Source: Octopus vulgaris | Taxonomy: Eukaryota | Direction of reading: 5' to 3' | DNA: 64,000 bases | Assembly (NCBI GenBank): GCA_951406725.2 | Contig: OX597834.1 | Span: forward strand, 17,980,001-18,044,000 | Part shown: positions 39,140-52,467 of the stretch, piece after piece | How the letters are laid out: every line of letters starts with the position of its first letter | How positions within the stretch are numbered: the first letter of the stretch is position 1 | Position numbers and translations under genes: made by a program | Notes under the pieces: model-generated | Seen by the model: only the letters and a program-made list of their open reading frames with translations | Told to the model about the DNA's origin: nothing | The model's database searches: none

Positions 39140-39473
39140 TTACGGAGATGTACTTGCATAGCGAGTGACTTGATCTGAGATCGTGTGCTGGAACGAAAAC
39201 ACTTGCAGCGTGGAAGGTGTTTATAAGCCATTTAAGGAACACACAAAAACCATTAGATTCACTTCAACATTTAAATTTAATTTGTCAAAATATTTTCATC
39301 GCTTTGAGACCGCGACCGGTTCACTGACACATGCAGCACGAAGTTTTGTCAGGGAACAGGTCGCGGTCTGAAAGCGACGAAAATATTTTGACAAATTGAA
39401 TTTAAATGTTGAAGTGAATCTAACGGTTTTTGTGTGTTTCTTAAATGGCTTATAAACACCTTCCACGCTGCAA
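39140..39473. mobile_element. Head-to-head inverted pair of the hammerhead-bearing Penelope-like element (127-bp arms, 17-nt spacer) in an (AAT)n tract
   Basis: 39203-39329 is the reverse complement of 39347-39473; homologous to 15205-15410. Confidence 0.8.
39345..39395 (+). ncRNA. Hammerhead motif, G3-C8 variant (this copy U4>G); the mirror copy at 39281-39329 (-) has A9>C
   Basis: tttgtca|GGGAACA|g|gtcgc-ggtctgaaa-gcgac|GAAA|atat|TT|tgacaaa. Confidence 0.5.
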
Positions 39474-39484
39474 TAATAATAATA

Positions 39485-40590
39485 ATCCTTTCTACCTTAG
39501 GCACAAGGCCAGAGATTTTGGTGGGAGGGGATTAATCGATTACATCAGCTTAGTACTCATCTGATGCTTATTTTATTGGTCCCAAAAGGACAAAAGACAA
39601 AATTGACCTCAGTGTAATTTGAACTCAGATGCTAAGTATTTTGTCTGGCGCAGTAACAAATTCTAACAGCTTGCCACCTTAGTAATAATAACAACAATGC
39701 TAATCCTTTCTACTATAGGCACAAGGCCTGAAATTTTAGGGGAAGGGACTAGTTGATTACATCGACCCCAGTGTTTCACTGGTACTTAATTTATGAACCC
39801 TGAAAGAATGAAAAACAAAGTCAACCTTGGTGGAATTTGAACTGTGAATGTGAAGATGGATGAAATCCTGCTAAGCATTTAGCCTGGTGTGCTAAAGATT
39901 CTGCCAGCTTGCCGCACCTTAGTAATAATGATGATGATGATGATTTCAAATTTTGGCACAAGGTCAGCAATTTTGGGGGAGGGGTAAGTCAATTACATTG
40001 ATCCAGAACGCAACCGGTACTTATTTTATCGACCCCCACCCCCCAAAAAAAAAACGGACGATAGGCTAAGTCAACCGTGGCAGAATTTGAACTGAGAATG
40101 TAACAATTCTGCCAGCTGACCACCTCAGAGCTAAAAGAAATATGGAAAGACATTTTGTTGAATGCTCTTATGATATTGCTAGCTCACCACTTTTATGCTT
40201 TGTCATAATAATAATAATCCTTTCTACTCTGGGCACAAGGCCTGAAATTTTGGGGGAAGGGGACCTCAGCAGAATTTGAACTCAGAATGTAAAGAGGAAC
40301 AAAATACCTCTATGCATTTTGCCCAGCATGTTAATGATTCTGCCAGCTCACCACCTTAATAATAATAATAATCCTTTCTACTCTAGGCACAAGGCCTGAA
40401 ATTTTGGGGAAGGGGGAGGGCAGTCGATTAGATTGACCCCAATACACAACTGCTACTTAATTTATTAACCCTGACGGGATGAAAGGCAAAGTCGACCTTG
40501 CCGGAATTTTAACTCGGAACGCAGCCATGGGCAAAATACTGCCAAATATTTTATCCAGCATGCTAACGACTCTGCCAGTTTGCCGCCTTA
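39485..40590 (-). mobile_element. Head-to-tail cluster of 5-6 SINE A copies
   Basis: Recurrent (AAT)n-cctttctact-ggcacaaggcc...tttgaactcag...ctgccagcttgccacctt. Confidence 0.85.
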
Positions 40591-41327
40591 ATAATAATAA
40601 TAATAGTAGTAGTAGCAGTAGTAGTGCAGCAGCAGCTGTAATAGTAGTAGTATTCGTAGTTTAATGCTTAAATTTATCAAATTTCCAAGTTGACAGATTT
40701 GCTGTATCATGTTATAACTGGTTAAAACAAACCTTGTAGCCTATCTCAAGATATTAACAGTGGAAGTCTATCTTTTAAACAGTTGGCTCAATTCCCAGTT
40801 CATTACTGACATGGTTTCAACATAGACTAGTGACATACTGAACTAATAACAGCCAATAAACCAAGTTTGGTGTTGTACCATCTCAGTTTTAATAATGAGA
40901 GAAATAGCCAAGCTCCTAATTAAACAAAAATGTAGCAATTACTATAATTATCATCCTTGCAACTACTACAACTACTAGAGTATGAGCTATTGTTGATTTG
41001 GTTGGAAGTGGGGAATCAGAAGCTGTGTGTTATTTAACAACAAGCTTTATTCAATGTCAAGTTTAGTGCTTCACTGAGTCAAGTTCAAGTCTCTAAAACC
41101 TTTTGATACCAACCCACTTGAAACTACAATTTCTAAAAATATTCAATAATAAAAATATGATAGGATTATTTTTAAAGGCATGGCTACGTGGTAAGAAGCT
41201 TGCTTCCTAACGTCTATTTTCCATGCTAGCATGGGTTGGACAGCTTGAAGGAATTGGTAAGGCCAGGGGCTACACCAGGTTCCATAGTCCATTTTGGCTT
41301 GGATTCTATGGCTAGATGCCTTTCTTA

Positions 41328-41543
41328 CCTTTCGTTACCAACCCGGCTAAAACCAGCTCTGGCTCTGTAGTACAAATGTCTTGTTTTTATAAGTTTTGAA
41401 TTAAAATCTTCCACCAAACCTTAGTCACAATTTATGTTCCTAACACTAGCTGAATGAAAACTAAGTTTATTAAATTCTTTGTTATATTTAAAGTAATTGA
41501 AAGAAACACAGAGCATCTCAAAATAAATACAGTAACGAAAGGG
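41328..41543 (+). mobile_element. piggyBac-type MITE (E1) inserted in a minus-strand family C copy (~41210-41670)
   Basis: Near-identical to 6446-6666; right end gaaagggTTAA. Confidence 0.85.
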
Positions 41544-43184
41544 TTAATGCCAACCAGTCCACAGACTGTTCTGGGTGCTTTTTATGTGACATATTCACGG
41601 ATGCTTTTCAAATGGTACCAGTACTCACATCACCGCTTTTTATGTGGTACCCTAGTTTTAGGATCTGCTATGGTCTACATATCCACCACAAAGTTCAGTT
41701 CTTGTTGCAGTGAAATGGCTTGTGTGCCTCAATGACCTTGAGAGGAGCTATGCCAGTGGAGTACAAGCTCCTGGAAAGGCCTCACATGCTGGACAGTTTA
41801 AAGAAGTGAGGCCAGACTAATATGAACCACCTCATTCTGGAGGTAAAAATGGGTTTGCATAGGACCAATACTCCTACCTATAATAAAGGCAAAGTTAAAG
41901 CATTGATGACAATTCTAAACCAAGAAGACCTGAAAGAGGCAAGCCTTCCTTAGGGGAAAAGATAGCTCCGAGTAGAGAACAGTGGAGAAATGTCAATTGC
42001 TTCTGCTCCATAGGGAGCAAAGGGCTTAAGAAAGTATAGTTGACATATGTAACACTTTGACTGTGAGATAAAATCAAACACAATTTATTCTAAACACATT
42101 ACAAATTCAATATTAGCAAGCTTACTTGCTGCATTGGGGAAACATTTACAGAATTGATTTGCTTGTTGCAACATGTTGCATGGACATGACTAATGATAAT
42201 TAACCAACAAACTTTATTAACCTTCTCAAATATCTAATATGAAAACTTCAGTCCTTGGTTATTTCAAATACAAGCAAACTTAAATCATAAAATATAAAAC
42301 CATGCAACCAACCCCTAACTCCCCAAAATTACTGGCCTTGGGCCTAAATTTGAAACCATTATTGTTACTGTTATCTTAATACAATTTATTGTGATATTAT
42401 TATCAGGTTTTGTAAGGCTGGCACAGCTGGTAATGTACTGAGCAGTAATTAATTTTCTTGATTAATGACTGAGTCACCTAGCTTCAATCTGAAGCCACCC
42501 AATTTTGACATTGCATTTTATCTAATTGTTAGTCTGCAGGAAATATTTACTGGGGTCAGTTTAATAGAATACAACTGGTTATCTGCGTGTGTGTGTGTGG
42601 CTGTGTTTATACAGGGTCAAAGGATCACGAACTGACTTGAGTACACCCAAACCCAAATGGTCTGTTTACAGTCCCGGAATTATCGGTCCGGCAAAAGACC
42701 CCGATAGAATAAATACAAAGTTTAAAAATAAGCGCTAGGGTCGATTTGTCCCACTAAACCCATAAAAGCCGATGCCCCAACATGGCCGCAATCCAATGAT
42801 TGAAACAATAAAATATAAAAGATGTATTGCATGCGCGCGTAAGAAGGTGCGGTATGATTTGAGAGAAATTTCGGGCTACTATTTCTAGCAAATCGAGTGA
42901 CCCGTTAGAGGCCTTCTCAGGTGTGTACGCGAGTGTCAAATGAAGCGAGACTGTGACATTCGTGCTTTGATTCCAGTTATTAACGGTGTCAGTGACGTGA
43001 TGTGTTGTTTGCCTGAAAACGGGAATCTTTAAACAAGAGAGCTTCTGTCGAAAATAAAGGGAGAGGCATACGAGGATGTGTCTACATCTAAGGAACTGAA
43101 GTATGTACACAACAGAACAATGGGCATTTCTTTAAACAATACTAACAACAACAACACTGCGAAATGACCCGGCAACGGGAGCTT

Positions 43185-44115
43185 CGACACAGCCTCTTCA
43201 ACAGCTAGAAATAGCAGCCAAATCTCCCTCAAATAACATCCCGGCGTTTCAACGAGAAAACCTCCAACGTAGTAGCTCGGACAAGAAATATATTTCTTTA
43301 CTACCCACAAGGGGCTAAACACAGAGGGGACAAACAAGGGCAGACAAACGGATTAAAGTCGATTACATCGACTCCAGTGCGTAACTGGTACTTAATTTAT
43401 CGACCCCGAAAGGATGAAAGGCAAAGTCGACCTCGGCGGAATTTGAACCCAGAACGTAACGGCAGACGAAATACGGCTACGCATTTCGCCCGGCATAGAT
43501 AGCAACCAGATCGCCCTCAAATAACACCCGGGCGTTTTGACGAGTAAGCCTGAACAACTAGAAATTGTAGCCGGATCTCTCTCAAATAACAATTGCATTT
43601 TAACTAAGGACAAGATGTGGCCCAACCCTTAGAATGACTTGATGGCCACGACTGGAATGAAATCATAAATATCCGATCACGTTGACTTAGGACAAGCCAA
43701 TAATGAGCCCACAAGGGCGTCTCTACGCAGTACCTGACCTGCTAGAAATAGCAGTCAGATTTATCTTAAATGATACGGCCACCATCCTAAAAATTGCAAG
43801 GAAACATTGTATGACGTAGTCCTCGATGTGCAAAATGATGGGATGGTCCTGGCTGGAGCACCCTTAACCATAATCAAGGGCTTAACTACAACGAGTCAAC
43901 AAGGGAACTCTGTAGGGTCACTCCACCTGCAAAACTAGCAGCTAAATCTCCCTCAAATTATACATGCTGTTTGTAAAAACAAAAAAAGTGGACACAGTGT
44001 ATGATGTAATCCGAGGAACTTTGTCCAAAATAATAAATATGGACTGTTCACGGTTGGAATGTCTCTGATCACATGGTTGATTGATCATGACTGATCTAGA
44101 TGCTGAACTATAATA
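43185..44115. repeat. Tandem array of repeat family F (gctagaaatagcagccaaatctccctcaaat unit) with a young SINE A inserted at ~43285-43495 (-)
   Basis: Motif recurs at ~43204, 43497, 43557, 43741, 43930; dispersed copies e.g. 12897, 17635, 32550, 42860, 58550, 60385. Confidence 0.7.
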
Positions 44116-44968
44116 ACGATTTCTGATTTAGGCACAAGGCCACGAAATTTTGAGGGGAGGGGGACTAGTAGCTACAATCTGCCCCAGTGCTCAGCCGGTA
44201 TTTCATTTTATCGACCTCGGAAGGAAGAAAGGTGAAGTCGACCTCAGCAGGGTTTGAACTCAGATCGTAAAGTGCCGGAAGAAAAAGTGCAAGGCATTTT
44301 TTCCGAATAATAGGAAAAACAACAAACACAAGCAAATGAAAGTCGCTTTAATGAAAGCTAATTAGAAACAGACTGACAGGAGGGTAATTAGAAATTCTCT
44401 CTTTTTTGTTGTTTAAACGTTAATTCAAAATAAATCGATTTTTGAAAATGATATTTTCCCAGTTGAACGTGAAACGATGGCGAGTGTCGTTATTTTCTGT
44501 TTATATTAAAATAAATCGTCTGTTTTGAAACTGACATCGGATTAATCTCAAGCAGAGAGAAATAGGAGAAAATCTCTCTCTCACACACACACACACAAAA
44601 AAAAAAAAGCGGTGAGTTGGCCGAATCGTTAGCACGCCGGATGAAATGCTTATAACAGCATTTCTACCTACTTTTTACGTTTTGAGTTCAAAATGAAGCT
44701 GAGGTCGACTTTGCCTTTCGTCCTTCCGAGGTCGATAAAATAAATGCTAATGGAGGACTGGAGTCGATAAGTTCTCGACTAGATCCCCCTCCAGCGAAAT
44801 TTCAAACACACACACACAACGTAGAATCATGAAATAAGTGTGTTTGTGTGTGGGGTGGAGGTAGTGGAGATAGGGACGAGATGCAAAGACACTCAAGTGG
44901 GGACAAAGAGGGTGAGAATATTCATAAGTGTACCTGTGTGTGTATGTAGTGGTGGTGGTTAATGTTAA

Positions 44969-45200
44969 TGGCGGCGAGATGGCAGAATCGTTAGCACGCC
45001 GGGCGAAATGCGTAGCCGTATTTCGTCTGTCGTTACGTTGTGAGTTCAAATTCCGCCGAGGTGGACTTTGCCTTTCATCCTTTCGGGGTCGATAAATTAA
45101 GTACCAGTTACGCACTGGGGTCGATGTAATCGACTTAATACCTATGTCTGTCCTTGTTTGTCCCCTCTGTGTTTAGCCCCTTGTGGGTAATAAAGAAATA
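44969..45200 (+). mobile_element. Young SINE family A copy (further copies at 44118-44305 (-) and 44608-44805 (+))
   Basis: Near-identical to 8009 and to the reverse complement of 43285-43495. Confidence 0.9.
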
Positions 45201-46644
45201 GGTTAATGTTAATGCATGTGTGGTGTGTTATGTTTGGTCGATGTGGCTGGTGGGATCTATGTGTAAGTACAGGTGTGTGCATATACATATATATAGATGC
45301 ATCCATGTGTGTATCTATGCATATATAAATGCTAATTTGTAAGGCCCAGATATTACCAGATCCTCTGCTCAATATTACCAGCTGGTTATTGTTATCAGAA
45401 AGGGTTTCTTCTCAAGCGATAATAATATGTGGCTTCTACTGTATTTATTCATGCACTCATACATGTACATTTATACATGCACGCGCACACATGCATGCAC
45501 TCACACATACACACAGACACACACACGGTTATGTATCTGTGTAAATAGGGAACATTTTATTTCAGATGTCATAAAAAAAAAGCACAACTGTATTCTTTGA
45601 TCTCTTTATGTTCAGTTCATAACAACAATAGGGTTCCCAAATCCATTAGTCCATTAACATTTCAAGGCCTTCATTGGAATGAAAAGATAGTAATGGCATG
45701 TTATTCATGCACTTGCCAGTAAGTCACAAAGGATCACAGTAATATTGATAAAAAATCATCAACGCTAAATTTTAAAATTATACAAGAGGTAAGGAGATTT
45801 CATTATGCATTTTACATGTGTTGCCTCTGTTGATATTTTTGTCTCTATTTTTGGTTTCCATATGTAAATAGCTTCCATAGCCACTCTCACTGTTTTTATG
45901 GGATTCTACATAAAATTGAAGTGCTGTGAACTAAGTTTTTTCTATCCTGCATTATTTCATGTTCTGTAAGAAGGATGATGGCCTCTTGTTGTTAATGCAT
46001 GGACAACTGGGGAGAAAGTGTTGTATTGTTTGCATGCTTAAGTACACACACACACAATCATGGATATATGTGCATGTGAGTGTATGTATAATGTTTGGTA
46101 TCTCATTCTCTTTCTCCCCACCAACTCATTTTTAACAGTCTGAGTCATGAAGTTTATAACTCCCACATTTACACTGATATTTGTTTGTATCGTTTTGGTT
46201 GTCTAAAGTACATTTTGTGGTTTGCTAGTTTGTGGTACTGTGTTGATGAAGAGGTTTTTCATTTCAGTATCATTGTAATATATTCTATCTTTAAGATTGT
46301 ATTTACGTGTGATACACTTAGTGTTTTGTTTTGAGAGGTTTTGATGACATATTCACTCATTCTGTAACCAGAGTTTATCTTGCATAGGGCTTTATAGAGA
46401 TGATGGACTTGCCATATACCACAACATAAATGGACATGACATCGGCAAACTTTGAAAGGAACAAACAAAAACTCTTACAGAATTTGACTAAAGAAATACA
46501 AGAAATACAAATCTGGAGATACATTTCCTATATGTTACGTTTACCTAAACATGAGCAAATGCAATTTCTACAACAAACCTAATGAAGGAACCTCATTAAT
46601 CAAGACCATGCAATACACTACTGACAACATTAACAGATGATACA

Positions 46645-46922
46645 CAGAAATCCCTCGCCATATCGCAGTTTATTATTTAAGCTTATGTTGATTCCTCCAT
46701 GGTGTTGTTTTGCATTTATAATAGAATAAATATTTACGAATCATAAAAATATATAGATAGGCGTGGGAGCGGCTGTGTGGTAAGTAGCTTGCTTATGAAC
46801 CACATAGTTCCGGGTTCAGTCCCACTGCATGGCACCTTGGGCAAGTGTCTTCTACTATATCCTCGGGCCGACCAAAGCCTTGTGAGTGGATTTGGTAGAC
46901 GGAAACTGAAAGAAGCCCATCG

Positions 46923-46957
<35 letters not shown>

Positions 46958-47218
46958 CTGTGTTTGTCCCCCCCAACATCGCTTGACAACCGATGCTAGT
47001 GTGTTTACGTCCCTGTAACTTAGCGGTTCAGCAAAAGACACCGATAGAATAAGTACTAGGCTTACAAAGAATAAGTCCTGGGGTCGATTTGCTCGACTAA
47101 AGGCGGTGCTCCAGCATGGCCACAGTCAAATGACTGAAACAAGTAAAAGAGAGAAAGAGAGAGTACAGTACTGTTTCTATTTTGCAGATTTTCACCCGCG
47201 ATAGTTGAGAGATTACTG
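46645..47218. mobile_element. Tigger/pogo-like MITE interrupted by SINE B
   Basis: Imperfect TIR cagaaatccctcgccatatcgc / gcgatagttgagagattactg followed by TA. Confidence 0.6.
46760..47163 (+). mobile_element. SINE family B, full length
   Basis: Matches 3212-3627. Confidence 0.9.
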
Positions 47219-47377
47219 TACATCTAAACGATTATTGAACAGAGAAATTATTCAACAAAGCGATTCCGCATTACAACACAAGCCAGCAGTTGTTCCAATA
47301 TGAAGCTGAAGTACAAAGAGCAACCCACAACTAATAATAAAGGAACAAATTAAAAAATTCATCTGTTTATGTGTGTA

Positions 47378-47945
47378 AGGCGGCAAGCTGGCAGAAACGT
47401 TAGCATGCCAGGTGAAATGCTTGGTGGTATTTCGTCTGCCGTTACGTTCTGAGTTCAAATTCCGCCGAAGTCGACTTTGCCTTTCATCCTTTTGGGGTCG
47501 ATTAAATAAGTGCCAGTTACGCACTGGGGTCGATATAATCAACTTAATCCATTTGTCTGTCCTTGTTTGCCCTCTCTGTGTTTAGCCCCTTGTGGGTAGT
47601 AAAGAAATAGGTATTTTGCCTGCCACTACGTTCTGAGTTCAAATTCCACCAAGGTCAACTTTGCTTTCATCCTTTCGGGGTCGATTAAATAAGTACCAGT
47701 TACGCACTGGGGTCGATATAATCGACTTAATCCGTTAGTCCTCTCTGTGTTTAGCCCCTTGTGGGTAGTAAAGAAATAGGTATTTCATCTGTCTTTAGGT
47801 TCCGAGTTCAAATTCCGCCGAGGTTGACTTCGCCTTTAATCCCATCAGGGCTGATAAATTAAGTATCAATCGAGTACTGGAGTTGATCTAATCGACAGGC
47901 CCCCTCCCCAAAAATTTCAGGTTTTATGCTTAGAGTAGAAAAGAA
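47378..47945 (+). mobile_element. Trimeric SINE A (one head, three 3' modules, last with the alternative tail)
   Basis: Module gtatttcgtctg...gagttcaaattcc...ggggtcga repeated at ~47427, 47611, 47780. Confidence 0.85.
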
Positions 47946-48829
47946 TATATATATATGTGTGTATGTGAGTGTACTTTTGAGAGTATGTGTTGCGTCTTTT
48001 GTTTGTTTGTTTTGGGTTGTTTTTTGTTTTTTCACTTGAATTTAAAAGGACAGGGTCCATAATCTTTTCTGAAGGCTCCAAAACTAGGAGGAACAAGAAA
48101 ATCACAAAGCATGACTAACTCCCATTTTTTAGGTACAACCTACTTTTAGGTACAACCACACTACTTCACATCAAACTATATTTCCAAAGGTATTTGTTCT
48201 TAGGCTGGTAAACCACTGCATGGTTCTCATATACTGTCCTCCCTACAAATTTGTGATTTCAGAGAAGTAAAGCAATCTTCAGCTTTTCCTCGTATGACAT
48301 TTACAATTTTAATTTTAAAATTATCATTTCAAGCGAAAACCTTCTTGCAACAGCTGGCAGACAAATGGTTTTAGCTGCAGCTTAAGATTTCATAAAACTT
48401 GAGACCAAGTCTATCAGAAAATTCACTGAATAATCTTTATATTTGTTTCATTCTTCTTTTTCAAAATGACAAACAATTCTTAACGGCTTGCTTGTCTTTC
48501 AAACGTTTTCCTTTTATTTGGGTTAAAACATTGGTGTTTTTCTTTTTCTAATTGCAGACGTGGATGTGTGGTAAGAAGCTTGCTTCCCAACCACAAGGTT
48601 CCAGGTTCAGTAAGCATCTTCTACTATAACCTTGGGTCAACCAAAGTCTTGTGAATGGATTTGGTAGACTGAAGTTGAAAGAAGCCTGTCGTGTGTGTGT
48701 GTTTGTCTCCCACAGTGTTGGTGTGTTTACATCCCTGTAAGTTAGTGGTTCAGCAAAAGAGAACCAATAGGACAAGTCTTCACTATTCCAGAAATGAATA
48801 TGGATGATTCTACCCCTGTATGAATAGGA

Positions 48830-51720
48830 ATGCAATGTATTGGCCAAGAACAGGATTGGCTTCTAAAAGGGCAGAAAATACTAAACCAAGGAAACAGCCT
48901 GGCCTACATTCATGTGACTTAGTAACATGTAGGGCACTTAGAGTTTGGTAAAATGCCAAAAAAAAAAATGTGATTTTATCACATACCCTATGGACAGAAA
49001 ACATCCTTTTCAGTTTAAAGCATTTTAGAATAGTAAAGTGCCTATTTATTCCTACAAATAAAATAATTAAAAAAACCATTCAATGAATGGAAAGGGATTT
49101 AAAAATTGTTGAGAAATGGATGTAGAAATGATGGCTTATATTCTCTAGAGAAGATAGCAAAAAAAAAAAAAAAAAGCTGCTATTTTCAAGGAATGTCAAT
49201 TAGTTGTTATTGGAACAGGAAAATGGATTAGATTATTATCCACGAAAAGGCAAAACATCATTGATACTTCTTCACACAACGAAAAAAAATAAAAGAAGAA
49301 ATCTTATAAGAAGTAGAGGAATTACTTACAGAGTTTTAAGCTCAAATTACATCAGAAGAACAGAACGAGTAAGATGTTCTATAATAAGATGTTCACATTT
49401 TTAACAACTTAAATTTTTGCATTGCATAATCATAAAGAATTCCATAGATAGGATGAAGAAAGCAATTCTGGAAATTTTAAAGGGATTTAAAAAAAAAATT
49501 ATTTTAAAATTCTGATCATATCATGAATTGTGACAAAGAATCCTGGAAGACCATTAACCTTCATAATTGCAGAATGAAATATATTCAGTTGATGGACTCT
49601 TACTGTTCACCAGAAATTGCTTCATAGAACTCATAAAGCTAAATAGTTTGGCTTTGTAATTGATTCTGCTCCATATCAAACACATCACAAGTAAATAGCA
49701 GAAACTGTTTCTAATGTTGATATCAATTTTAATAACAAATTATTTCTATAAATGAGTTCTTTTTTTCTTGGGTTTATCCAATTAAATTAAAATGGGCGCT
49801 TAACACATCCTGAAAATAATTTTAAAACAACTTTTAAATGACTTTTGAGCTCAATGCTATGACATTGCTGCAGATGTGACTAGTTATAAAAAGGTGTTCA
49901 ATAGAAAATTAATGGGAACAACTGCTAACCTGCTTTTATAATGTGTCATAATCCTTCTCCCATTTTGGTTGGAGTAGATGTGCTTGACTTAGTGTTTAGG
50001 GGGTTGGACTGATGAGTGTAAGATTGTGGTTTCAATTCCTAGGCTGGGTAAAACACTTTATTTCATGTTGTTCCAGTCCACTAAGCTAGCAAAAATGAGT
50101 AATCCAATGATGGACTGGTGTCCCACCCAGGGGAGAAAATATACACCACAGAAACAAGGAAACTGGCCCTCTCAGTCAATGTGACTTTTGAGCAGGAGCG
50201 TTATCTTTTAATCTGGTAAGAGTGTATGCCTCTACAAGGGGGTGCTGAAAAGTTCCTAGCTCTAAGGGTATAATGGTTAGGGGCCCAAACTACTCAGTTC
50301 TTTTACAGGGTTAGAAAAACTGGAAGACCACTGCAATAAATGTATGAATCTGAGAGAGGAATATGTTGAATAAAATCATTAACCAATCCTTCTGTATTTT
50401 CTTTTACTCAAAGCCAGGAACTTTTCAACACCTTGTAATCCTGATATATCCATTGTTTTTTTATTTTGTATTTTTTTTTAGAAGGAATCCAATGGTCTTA
50501 TCCAGTTTTATCCTGTCTAATTTGAAGATTGTGAAGCCAGTTCATAAACACTTTGATACCATATACTTTTGATCTCAATGCCATGCCAATCTAACAGCTA
50601 TGGCTTCTTATATAATCTGATAAGAGATTTATAGATAAATGCTCTCCATTACAATTTCAACTACTTACTATAGCAACCTTTCAGCGAATTAAAATTGGTT
50701 TTATTGTATGAGTGCTTCAGAGAAGCAAGAACAACTTGACTTTGGCCTAAGTAGAATTAAAATAGAAGAAACAATAACAATAAATTTTCCTATTATATTG
50801 TATCTATATTGTCAAATGAAAATCAGATGATCATCAAATTCAAACTGTTGATATAAGGCAGGCACTGAAAAATATTTTGGCTTTAAACTTCCTGATTTTG
50901 CTTTGCTTTTTGTTTTTGTTTTTGGAATAAAAATCTTATTTGGATTGATTGTGATCAAAAACGACTCCGACATCATACTATGAATGATTACAATGCTGCT
51001 TGTGGTTTAAGGGCCCTTTAAGGTTATATTGTCAATCAGTCAATAATTATTGAACAGTGAACCACTTCAACCTGAGCAGAAACCATGTGATAAATAGGAT
51101 ATTCGAGTGGAAAGATACAAATGCCTGGTGAATAAGTCAATGATGTAGGATTAACTGTGAAAGAAGAAAATGATAAGACTAACGCTAAAACTATTGATTG
51201 TCCATTTCCATAATGAAATGGAAGAAAGGTTTGCCTGTTTCCACGAGTTGGATTGAAAGTTTTGATTTCTTTTAGATGTTAGAGGATTACTATTGTTTGA
51301 CTGAAATGAAACCAACAGCATTTAATAAAGTATCTTTAAAGAAAAGTTCTCTCAAATATAGACAGATAAAGGTGAATTTGAGCTTTATGAAGTAATCTTG
51401 AAATGAAAGATATTTCTGCAAAGTTATTCAAAATACAGAATTCTAAGACTGGTGTGTTTCTCAAATTTATTGTTCAGTATAGAAATGAAAATATGCTTCC
51501 AAATTTAAGAGTTGCTCTGTAGATATAATTCTTCTTATTACAATTTCAATTAGCAGCTGTAGTAATGTCTCTCAGTAAACTGAAGTTGGTCTTACTGTAT
51601 TTGTGAGATTCAATGAACCAACAAAAACTGTCAGCTCTACTGAAGTAGAAACCTGATGTTGCTAAAATATTTGTATCATTGGGAGTAAGAAAAATAATTT
51701 TAAAATGAAGTTTAAAATTA
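48830..51720 (+). pseudogene. Heavily decayed hAT transposase (Tip100/ZMYM-like group), interrupted by SINE D (~49975-50200) and a mariner MITE
   Basis: Remnant motifs in order: NSGNFKG (~49464), FGFVIDSAPYQTH (~49647), AQCYDIAADV..K-GVQ (~49849), CHNPSPILVGVD (~49945), FWNKNL (~50920), LPNLRVAL...SISSC...LSKLKLVLLYL*DSMNQQKLSAL (hAT dimerisation region, ~51497-51640); many stops and frameshifts. Confidence 0.85.
50235..50435 (+). mobile_element. mariner-derived MITE
   Basis: TA on both sides; TIR caagggggtgctgaaaagttcct / aggaacttttcaacaccttg; same family as 35678-36127. Confidence 0.85.
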
Positions 51721-52258
51721 TTCATAAAACTAACCAAAAATAGGAGCAAACATAACATTTATTTTAAAGTTCTATAAAATCAGAACGATTCAATTTCAAT
51801 AAAAGTTTATACATTTTCCTATTATTTTACTTGTAAATGTTTTAGGAATTATATTTTTTGTTTTATATATATTGTATATAATTATTTATAGTTATGTACC
51901 ATACGTATATATATATTACATATAACTGTTTATAGTTACATATATATATATATAAGCAAACCAAAAGATCCCATCATTCTACATATATTCGGAGGGGTTC
52001 TAAGCATGGCACATGTTGAGATAAATGGGAAGGAGTTATAGACAACATAAGCGACAACTGGGAGTTTGTACAAAGACCACCATCCATGAGACACAAATAA
52101 TCTCTGTGTCAGGAGCAAGTACCAGTCAGATAAGAAGTAACATTGTGGTGGAACAGCACTGTTTATGTAGAGCCACAAAAGTCCAGGGACAATTTCTGGA
52201 AAGACTGAAAGAAAGGGGTCAATAAATAACAATAACTAGAAGAGAAACTGGACGTCAG

Positions 52259-52467
52259 GTATGTATGTATGTCTGTAGGCGTATATATACACACACATGT
52301 AGGTACTATTATTCTGTACCACAAAGTATATCTTAGGATTTTAGTCTACACTATGTAATAAACAAATGTAAATGACTTGTCTTTTTATAATATATCTTTG
52401 TGGATAGAAAAAGAGGAATCAGTCTGACAAATTTCATTTCTATGTTGGAATTTCATTAATGACTATA
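52259..52467 (+). repeat. Left arm of ~210-bp inverted duplication
   Basis: Reverse complement of 54863-55072, about 10 differences by eye. Confidence 0.95.

Noticed and set aside
51955-52258. 66-aa ORF followed by a cag|gtatgt donor-like site
   Set aside because: Looks like a decayed LINE 3' remnant; the donor-like site is the start of a (GTAT)n tract
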